Positions 56,922-64,000 of a DNA stretch of 64,000 nt are shown piece after piece. Made by a program: the position numbers and the translations under genes. The stretch covers positions 131,529-195,528 of the forward strand of contig MCFE01000057.1 in the NCBI GenBank assembly GCA_002104905.1, read 5' to 3'. Source of the stretch: Basidiobolus meristosporus CBS 931.73. Its lineage: Eukaryota; Fungi; Basidiobolomycota. Under the pieces are notes generated by a model. The model did not search any database. It saw only the letters and a list, made by a program, of their open reading frames with translations, and was not told the origin of the DNA. Numbering within the stretch: position 1 is the first letter of the stretch; each line of letters begins with the position of its first letter.

Positions 56922-57190
56922 TGTTGTAAATGCATTAGAGATATTAGAAGTGATTGGGAGAACAAGTTTATTATTTAGCCTCACTTAATAATTAATTGAA
57001 TGTAAAAGTAGTATTTATACTTTTACATTGTCTTGACAAGGCAAGCATATCAAATATGTTTAGGAAGGTTCCAAGAGCACTTTTGCAAGTTTTGGGGCTG
57101 CTTAAACAACTTGAAAACCATTTGTGTCTTAGGTATCTGGTAATATGGTGAAAATATTTTAACTCAATTCTAACAAGGAATTTGTCATAG
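56922..57190 (-). mobile_element. Truncated Copia-family LTR inserted into the LINE remnant
   Basis: Starts TGTTGTAAATGCATTAGAGATATTAGAAGTGATTGGGAG and parallels 7863 onward. Confidence 0.6.
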
Positions 57191-58004
57191 GGGTAGGTGT
57201 TATAATAAGGGCTAGGAAAAGGTTAGAGGAGCACAGGTCTCAGGGGGATGTAGTACCCTACAGAATAAAAGAACAGGGGGTTTGGGGATGCAATCCCTCA
57301 TACTGCTCCCAAACTGTTTAAAATCACTTTGTATTACTTTTCTTTCATTCTTGGCTCAGGTCTCTTAAGGTACAATTCCTCCTCCTAGCACCCAACACCC
57401 TACCACAAATACTTTTACCCCATAATTGGCACATTTGTCTGGTCCTAAGTGCATGTCTGGGCCAATATCTGTCTCCTTACACTTTCTGTATGTCAAGTGT
57501 AAGTATTGATAATGTTTGATTACAAATTTGTTACCTCTTATGGTATAACAAATAATTGATGTAAATCATCCCAATCTGGCCACAATCCCATACTTAACAA
57601 ACCTTGAGTTCCATAAATTGCATGGCTTGAATGTGATAAAAGATTCCATGACCAATGCTGATTTTATGCAACCTAGTTACATTTATCTAATATAGAGTGT
57701 ATTACAAATTTCAGCATTTATGATAGCTATAATAGAAATCTTATTTGACACTGTAGCAACTACTATTTGAGTTCCATGTGCACATGTATCCTGCAGGATT
57801 TGCAAAAACTTAGTCACATAGTGCAAAAATGCTTTTATTTTCTTCATGCTAGTTTTACGTGAATCCATACAAACTTTGATAGTGCAGGGTGTGGTGGTGT
57901 AGAAGTGCTTCTGGGAGAAGCTACACAACTCAAGAAGTGTGTAGTGTTTGATGGGGACAATAGCCTCTGGGTTTAAACTGTTGTAAGAGTCTTGGAGATA
58001 TTGG

Positions 58005-58354
58005 TGTTGTAAAAATTTGTAATTTCCACCTAAATATTCACCTAACTTAGTCACTTAGATCATTACCTTCAAATCCTAGAGAATACTGACCAAATTCCTT
58101 GTCGGGATTTACTTAGAATATTTTTGCCAAAATACCAGGTACCCAGAACATGAAAATTCTCAAAGTTGTCCAAACAGCCCCAAACTTTGCACACATGTTC
58201 TTGGGACCTTCTTTAACCTATTCTACGTGTTTGTAATGCCAATATCATGTAAAAGTACAAATACTACTCTTACATTCAATAAATCATTAAGTGAAAACCA
58301 CATAATCTACTTGTCCTCCCAATCACTTCCAATATCTCCAAGACTCTTACAACA
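58005..58354 (+). mobile_element. Copia 5' LTR
   Basis: TGTTG...CAACA, homologous to the solo LTR at 7863-8195, immediately followed by a PBS and gag. Confidence 0.88.
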
Positions 58355-58366
58355 GGTTATGAGCCC
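58355..58366 (+). promoter_or_regulatory. Primer-binding site of Ty5/copia type (initiator tRNA-Met half-molecule)
   Basis: GGTTATGAGCCC directly abuts the LTR end CAACA. Confidence 0.85.
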
Positions 58367-58385
58367 CAAGCTGTCACTCTCTGCA

Positions 58386-58695
58386 ATGTCTACTACTGCT
58401 ATTACTGGAATTTTTCCCTCTGCTGAAAAGTTGGATGGATCTAACTACCAAGTGTGGAAGGTGAAGATGAAGATGCTGCTACAAGAAAGAGGCCTTTGGG
58501 ATATTGTCATGGGAGAAGAATGCCCTCCTAAAAATGTGGGAGAGGAAGCCTTAAAGTACCAGAAGAAAGAATAAAGTGCCTTTAACTGCATTTGCCTTAA
58601 TATCAAGGACAAATTGCTAATTCAATGCTCAAGAGCAAAAACGGCAAAGAATGCCTGGAAGGCATTAGAAGACACCTACCAGTCATGTTCAGCTG
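58386..58695 (+). pseudogene. Copia gag N terminus, premature stop at 58572, truncated
   Basis: EKLDGSNYQVWKVKMKMLLQERGLWDIV..*SAFNCICLNIKD..TAKNAWKALEDTY (DUF4219/UBN2-like). Confidence 0.85.
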
Positions 58696-58827
58696 CCTTT
58701 GTAGGGTCTTGGGTACCTCCTTTGTTGGTTATCATTGCTTATTAAAGCATTTTCTTCTTCCTTCTTATTGGCGCTTGATTTTATTAATTCTTCATCCAGG
58801 AGCCTTCCATATACATAATTTAAGGTC
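58690..58827 (-). pseudogene. Inverted Copia gag fragment
   Basis: Minus strand reads TLNYVYGRLLDEELIKSSANKKEEENALIS, typical of the end of the Copia gag UBN2 region. Confidence 0.65.
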
Positions 58828-58839
58828 TTAGGGTTAGGG
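58828..58839 (+). repeat. Interstitial (TTAGGG)2 at the LINE 3' junction
   Basis: ...AAGGTC TTAGGG TTAGGG GGAGACAGTCACC... Confidence 0.9.
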
Positions 58840-58895
58840 GGAGACAGTCACCAACAGGTGAAATCTTTATTTCAGTTGAAACAAAGAAGCCAGCG

Positions 58896-61664
58896 CTACT
58901 GTTGTAGCTTTGATACAAGAGTGTGTAGCTGAGGGGAATTTGTAGGTAAGTTAATAAGAAGTGATGATAGTTCTTCAGTGCTCAAGACACTGTTCAGTGG
59001 GAAGGGGGGTAGTAAGAGAGGTAAGAATGACTTGTGAACAACATTAATGAGGGGAATGTGATAAGGATTGATATTCATCATAAAGGGAGTGTGCTGCTGC
59101 AGATATTGCTGCCAAAGGTCTGTCAAGTACTTCAGGTAGGCCAGCTTGGGTTTTTCTGACTGCAGAATAAATTCAGCAAACTTCTTGACTTCAGGATCTC
59201 CAAGTATAGTTCTCCAGCAGGAGCCAGGTGTTGTGTGGTGTGTTCTCTTCCAGGCCTTAATCATTGAGTTGTTGCAGTTGTGAAGTCTGAGGTATAATCT
59301 GGTTCTAAGGTAGAGAAGTCTGATCTTATAGGGCATAAACCCAAAAGCACCAAGAATAGCATGTCTGTAGGGGCATTCAGGCAAATGAGGCACCAAGGAG
59401 GTAATGCACCATACTGCAAACTTGTCAAGCTTAGTGCAGTCTCTAGAAGTAAGAGAGAGAAGTGGTAAGCCAAATTCCAGGACAGGGAAGACAAACTGCT
59501 TGAGTAGAAGGAGGCAGCTGGGAGCTGAAGTTGTAGGAGGAGTAACAGCCAGTAGCTTGTGGAGTGCCTGTCTTGCCAGGATAATTCTCTTCTTCAGGTG
59601 TGCGCCAGAGTCTAGTCCAGTAGGAAGGAAAGGAAAGCCAAGATATGTAGCAGAAGCCTGAGCAGGTAGAGTGGAGTTCTCCAAGTTGATGGGAGAGCCC
59701 AAAGGTACTGTCTTTGCAATGGAAAGCTGGAGATTATTCTTCTGCAGATACTGGCGGATGGTCTGGGAGTCTTGTTGCACATTGGAGGAGGATATTCTGA
59801 TGTCATCAGCAAAGAGAGTAACCAGGCAGTCAGCTGAGAGTCTTGGGAAATCATTCAGGAAGATGGCAAACAGTATAGGACCAAGCACAGAGCCTTGAAC
59901 CACTCCATTAGGAACTGAGAACACAGCTGATTGCTCACTTGGGTGCAGAATTCTTGCTTGTGGATCCAGAAACAGAGACCTGACAAGGAGGGTGAGAGAG
60001 GTACTGGAGAAGCATTGCAACTTGGACCAAAGCAGATTTCTGTCAACTGAATCAAAGGCCTTAGTAATATCAAACAGAACAGAGGGATACTTGCACTGGA
60101 GAGAGTGGTCTTGGCTAAGTATGACTGCATATTCCAAGGAGAGGCCAGGAACAAAGCCAAACTGTGCTGGATGAAACTTGAGGGAGTCAGAGTAGAGCTC
60201 CTGAGCAAGCAGAAGCTCAAACACCTTTCTGCAGGTGGGCAGCAGAGATATTGGCCTGTAGGAGCTAGGATCCAGGTGCTTTCCTTTACCCTTGTACAGT
60301 GGCAGAACATTTGCAAAGGACCATTCCTCAGGAGTAGAAAGCTGGGCTGAGCATTGCTGAAACAGTGGAAGCAGAAGTGCAGACATGGCCTTGGTACTAG
60401 TCTTCAGAAGCTCATAAGAGATTGTGTCCACACCTGGAGCAGTAGAGTTGGGAAGCCTCTTGAGCACATTATGGATGCTCCTTTGATCAAGTGCAAGTGG
60501 GATGGGCAGAGTCTTGAAGTCAGGATGGAAGCCAGGAGTTGAGTACTGCTTTGTAGAGAAGAAGATGTTAGCCAGCTGTTCTGTTGAAGGTAACTTCCTG
60601 GAAGAGGGCCTCATTGCCCTGTAGAGTCTTGATACTGTTCTTGTTATAGAGTTGGAAGATTGCAGAGGCAAAGAACTCATAATATGATCCCAGAGCTGAG
60701 TATGTAGAGTGTGGTGAATTGCCTTGGAGTGGTGTATGGCTGTTAGGAGGAGTTTCTCTGTTTTTGGGTTAGGGAAACTCAGGTAGCTTTGTTGCAGGGC
60801 TGAAACAATGGATTCCCATTTTCTTGAGGTAACAGCAGTAGTCTTGCATGGCAGTGAGAGGGAGGCAGACACCAGAATCAGATGCTTCACAAAGAGCCAG
60901 GCATAGTTGAGATCATCTGGCAGAGAAAGTAGCAAACTGGCAAGCTTCAAGTAGTTCCCAAAGTCTTTCTTCTGATTCTTGGTAGCTTTGTGGGTGAGCA
61001 CAGTAAGTTTTGGCAGCTTCTTCTTCACAACTGGTTGCATAGAAAGGGACCAGGCTGGGTGGTCAGAGGCTCTCAAGGATCCTAGCTCAGCTCCAGAGAA
61101 TTGCTTAACTTCATTCACAAAGTAGAGGGCAGCAGCAGAAGGGCAGATCCAGTCAACACATCTTTTCTCAGATTGAGCACCTAGTGCTAGCAGATGGCTT
61201 TCTCTCAGGAAGTTCAGTAGGAATGTAGACCTTGGCTTCATTCTTGCAGTCAGAGTAGTCTTGTTCTCAGGATGGGGAATGTTGAGATCTCCAAGCAAGA
61301 TAACAGGTGTTGATATAGATTGCTGGTATTGCTGAACTTTCTGGCATATAACTTGCACTTCCTGAAGGGCAAGACTTGGAGGCAGATAGCAGAGCACCAG
61401 ACTGATAGTTGGCAACTGGAGAGCAGCACAGTAAGGGGAGTAAAGAGGAACACAGAGCTGAGGAGTATTGATGGTAGAGGAGATGAAGCAGATAGAGGAG
61501 GTATTCTTTGTGCTAGGAGTAGAAAAGCAATATAGATTAGTCAAAAGTATAGAGGGTAGCTGGACATCAATCAAACACAGGAGGGAAAATCTTGAAAGAA
61601 GTCTCTCTAGAGTTAGTCTTGATGGCTGTATGCTGTTGCAGTTAAGCAACAGAACTTCAGGTAG
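58896..61664 (-). CDS. LINE ORF2: apurinic-like endonuclease + reverse transcriptase
   Basis: APE: LLNCNS, CYLPP, GDLN, VDWI, SDHP. RT: TAPGVD, YRPISLL, QFGF, FDITKAFDSV, GVVQGSVLGPILF, FADD. No CCHC or RNase H seen. Confidence 0.95.
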   Translation of the reverse strand, partial: LPEVLLLNCNSIQPSRLTLERLLSRFSLLCLIDVQLPSILLTNLYCFSTPSTKNTSSICFISSTINTPQLCVPLYSPYCAALQLPTISLVLCYLPPSLALQEVQVICQKVQQYQQSISTPVILLGDLNIPHPENKTTLTARMKPRSTFLLNFLRESHLLALGAQSEKRCVDWICPSAAALYFVNEVKQFSGAELGSLRASDHPAWSLSMQPVVKKKLPKLTVLTHKATKNQKKDFGNYLKLASLLLSLPDDLNYAWLFVKHLILVSASLSLPCKTTAVTSRKWESIVSALQQSYLSFPNPKTEKLLLTAIHHSKAIHHTLHTQLWDHIMSSLPLQSSNSITRTVSRLYRAMRPSSRKLPSTEQLANIFFSTKQYSTPGFHPDFKTLPIPLALDQRSIHNVLKRLPNSTAPGVDTISYELLKTSTKAMSALLLPLFQQCSAQLSTPEEWSFANVLPLYKGKGKHLDPSSYRPISLLPTCRKVFELLLAQELYSDSLKFHPAQFGFVPGLSLEYAVILSQDHSLQCKYPSVLFDITKAFDSVDRNLLWSKLQCFSSTSLTLLVRSLFLDPQARILHPSEQSAVFSVPNGVVQGSVLGPILFAIFLNDFPRLSADCLVTLFADDIRISSSNVQQDSQTIRQYLQKNNLQLSIAKTVPLGSPINLENSTLPAQASATYLGFPFLPTGLDSGAHLKKRIILARQALHKLLAVTPPTTSAPSCLLLLKQFVFPVLEFGLPLLSLTSRDCTKLDKFAVWCITSLVPHLPECPYRHAILGAFGFMPYKIRLLYLRTRLYLRLHNCNNSMIKAWKRTHHTTPGSCWRTILGDPEVKKFAEFILQSEKPKLAYLKYLTDLWQQYLQQHTPFMMNINPYHIPLINVVHKSFLPLLLPPFPLNSVLSTEELSSLLINLPTNSPQLHTLVSKLQQ

Positions 61665-62543
61665 TCAGGCAGAGGTTGTAGCTTCTTCAGAGGCAGCACT
61701 GACAATGTGACCTGCAGAGTCCCAGAGCTCTTCAAATGGTGCATCACTTAAGTCAGCAAGGAGGGAAATGGCATGATTCTTGAGGAAGTATGCCACATCA
61801 TAGGAGGGGGCTTGTCTCTTGATAGCAGCAAAGAAAGACAGAATGGCAACATGGGCTGGAGGCTTGTTGAACAGTAGAGAGTCAGAGGATTCAGATTCTT
61901 CAGGCACTATCTTGAAGTCAGTTTTCAGCCAGTTAAGGTTCTTCTCCACAAAGGCAACAAATGGGTCAGCAATGTTTTGGTCAAGGATAACCTCCAGAAT
62001 CTTCCCTTTTCTCCAGGCCAGGTTAACAATTCTTGAGAGCTGAATATTGCATGCCTTGAGTGCTTTCCTGATGTTGGAAATGGGAGTCCAGGGAACTTGC
62101 TTCAAGTACACCACAGTCCAGGCAGAAGCTGGTGGTATGTTTGCTGGGGGCTTGTAAGTCCTTCTGAGTTGCAATGGAGCTGCAGTAGTCAGATTGGAGT
62201 CCACATTCTCAGTAGAAGGTTTTCTTGATGTGTCTTGCTGAATAGTACTGGAGCTGGATGTGCTGATAATTCTTGCTAGAACCTTGCCTGCATAGGTCTG
62301 AGGTATAGCTGAGGTGACTGTAGAGGTGGTGGCAGCTGGTGCAGGTGGAGAGGTAGAAACTGAAGCAGGAACTGAGGTCACCTGGGAGAAGGCAGTAGAA
62401 GCAGGTTTTCTGGGAGGAACAGAGTTCACTATCCAGTTGTTCTGTAAAACACTGGAGTAGCTTTTCTGTGGAACAGGATCTTGCTCTTGAACAGGAACAG
62501 AAGCAGGAGGCTGGGGCTGAGCAGTAGTGGTAAGGCAGTGGCA
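61665..62543 (-). CDS. LINE ORF1 (Ser/Thr/Pro-rich N terminus + putative RNA-binding domain); no ATG in the open frame
   Basis: Frame is open from 62543 to TGA at 61665-61667. Structured region VVYLKQVP..IRKALKACNIQLSRIVNLAW..KILEVIL. Confidence 0.75.
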   Translation of the reverse strand, partial: CHCLTTTAQPQPPASVPVQEQDPVPQKSYSSVLQNNWIVNSVPPRKPASTAFSQVTSVPASVSTSPPAPAATTSTVTSAIPQTYAGKVLARIISTSSSSTIQQDTSRKPSTENVDSNLTTAAPLQLRRTYKPPANIPPASAWTVVYLKQVPWTPISNIRKALKACNIQLSRIVNLAWRKGKILEVILDQNIADPFVAFVEKNLNWLKTDFKIVPEESESSDSLLFNKPPAHVAILSFFAAIKRQAPSYDVAYFLKNHAISLLADLSDAPFEELWDSAGHIVSAASEEATTSA

Positions 62544-62740
62544 CTAAGGGTTAGGGTTCTAGTGCTTTATGGGAAATTTGCACAAGAAGTGCAATCTTGA
62601 AATATGACAAAGTCATATGAGTATAGCAACTATTATAAAATGAAAACTACTTTGCCAGTAAAAGGGTGAAGAAAACTGTAAAAGCTATAAAGGAAAAGTT
62701 GGGACACAAGAAATTTACAGTACCATTCATTGCCTTAGGG

Positions 62741-63261
62741 GGAGGAAAGTCACCAAGTGGTGAAATCTTTATTTACTTATGACAAGTATCTAAAGAAGCC
62801 AAGTTAATCTGAAGTTATTCCTAGAAAGCTAGGTCTGAGAGATATCTTCCTGGTAAGCCAGGTCTGAGAGTTGAGAAGCTGAGTGGTACTATATTTCCTA
62901 GTTAGCTAGGTCTGAGAGAGGTTTCCTGGAAAGCCAGGCCTGAGAAGTGAGAATCTGAATATATCTGAGCTAAGTTATACTGGTTTGCGGTAGCTGAATT
63001 GTGGCCGGAATGGCCAGTAGACTGGGGGAACTGAGATGTATTTCTGGGTGATCACTGGCCAAATTTACTAGGCAAATCTGGCCAATTAGCATTTCAAGGG
63101 TTTCAGCCAATCAGAGCCTTTACTTTGCCCGATGGTTGATCAAGCCATCTCCCAATGAGCACACATCAATTTATTAATCAAATTTTTGCTGGATCCAGGA
63201 TTGAACCCACAACCATGGGTATGGAAGGGTTAGGGATAACCACAAGGCTAAGTGTTCTTGG
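62741..63261 (-). mobile_element. Telomere-embedded SINE-like unit A (527-bp period)
   Basis: tRNA-type A box and near-B box at the 5' (telomere-side) end. The 3' ~65 nt are homologous to the LINE 3' end. Flanked by single TTAGGG repeats. Confidence 0.8.
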
Positions 63262-63267
63262 TTAGGG

Positions 63268-63788
63268 GGAGGAAAGTCACCAAGTGGTGAAATCTTTATT
63301 TACTTATGACAAGTATCTAAAGAAGCCAAGTTAATCTGAAGTAATTCCTAGAAAGCTAGGTCTGAGAGATATCTTCCTGGTAAGCCAGGTCTGAGAGTTG
63401 AGAAGCTGAGTGGTACTAAATTTCCTAGTTAGCTAGGTCTGAGAGAGGTTTCCTGGAAAGCCAGGCCTGAGAAGTGAGAATCTGAATATATCTGAGCTAA
63501 GTTATACTGGTTTGCGGTAGCTGAATTGTGGCCGGAATGGCCAGTAGACTGGGGGAACTGAGATGAATTTCTGGGCGATCACTGGCCAAATTTACTAGGC
63601 AAATCTGGCCAATTAGCATTTCAAGGATTTCAGCCAATCAGAGCCTTTACTTTGCCCGATGGTTGATCAAGCCATCTCCCAATGAGCACACATCAATTTA
63701 TTAATCAAATTTTGCTGGATCCAGGATTTGAACCCACAACCATGGGTATGGAAGGGTTAGGGATAACCACAAGGCTAAGTGTTCTTGG
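63268..63788 (-). mobile_element. Telomere-embedded SINE-like unit B
   Basis: About 7 differences from unit A. A box TAGCCTTGTGG (63777-63767) and B box GGTTCAAATCC (63734-63724). Confidence 0.85.
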
Positions 63789-64000
63789 TTAGGGTTAGGG
63801 TTAGGGTTAGGGTTAGGGTTAGGGTTAGGGTTAGGGTTAGGGTTAGGGTTAGGGTTAGGGTTAGGGTTAGGGTTAGGGTTAGGGTTAGGGTTAGGGTTAG
63901 GGTTAGGGTTAGGGTTAGGGTTAGGGTTAGGGTTAGGGTTAGGGTTAGGGTTAGGGTTAGGGTTAGGGTTAGGGTTAGGGTTAGGTTAGGTTAGGGTTAG
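63789..64000 (+). repeat. Telomere (TTAGGG)n, ~35 units
   Basis: Continuous G-rich repeat running to the window end, in the correct polarity for a right chromosome end. Confidence 0.99.

Larger units (their letters stand above)
58840..62734 (-). mobile_element. Apparently full-length telomere-embedded non-LTR retrotransposon (ORF1 + APE-RT ORF2), 5' end facing the telomere, no poly(A)
   Basis: Bounded by TTAGGG on both sides (58828-58839, 62735-62740). Intact ORFs and a ~55-nt 3' UTR containing AATAAA. Assigning 62560-62734 to the element is inference. Confidence 0.9.

Noticed and set aside
57270-57970. GGGGGTTTGGGGATGCAATCCC hairpin-like motif and degenerate reading frames
   Set aside because: Possibly a decayed TE, but I could not assign it to any family.
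57979-58354. Apparent MITE with 26-bp terminal inverted repeats
   Set aside because: The TSD-flanked solo copy and the PBS show the true unit is an LTR (58005-58354) with an inverted stub in front.
60766-60774. GGGTTAGGG inside LINE ORF2
   Set aside because: It encodes FPNPK in an intact frame with no junction signature; probably chance.
62741-63788. Functional tRNA gene or CRISPR-like array
   Set aside because: A and B boxes are present, but the acceptor and anticodon stems do not pair. The repeats are 527-bp units with no unique spacers.
63981-63990. Two TTAGG variant repeats near the tip
   Set aside because: Likely homopolymer sequencing or consensus errors at the contig end; cannot be judged without reads.
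63779-63994. ORF encoding (VR)n
   Set aside because: This is translation of the TTAGGG tract from a GTG. No evidence of a gene.

Overview
This window is the right-hand end of a fungal chromosome and terminates in a (TTAGGG)n telomere. Short GT-AG introns and a myosin-fused chitin synthase suggest an early-diverging fungus; the lineage is my inference. Bases ~0.7-50.8 kb hold ordinary genes: MFSD1-like transporter, TTP/Cth-like tandem CCCH protein, atypical hexokinase, PCL-like cyclin, HAL/NPR-type kinase, RPT4, clathrin heavy chain, class V chitin synthase, SET1, MRPS8, DNAJC11-like, TMEM14, TMEM170-like, IDH1, ERJ5-like and a BAR-PH-ArfGAP-ANK gene. The same stretch has Copia solo LTRs and three small ORFs with a shared C-terminal motif. 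The last 13 kb is the most interesting part. First come four tandem genes for an identical 83-aa secreted 10-Cys peptide. Next is a layered junction of retroelement remnants. Then comes a telomere-embedded retroelement pair: an intact APE+RT non-LTR element (ORF1 and ORF2 in frame across a single UGA-CUA, nearly CpG-free) and two 527-bp tRNA-promoter SINE-like units. The LINE and SINEs share a 3' tail and stem-loop, sit head-to-tail, and are each joined at the same register to 1-2 TTAGGG repeats. Intron and element boundaries were read by eye and may be off by a few bases. No database searches were run.
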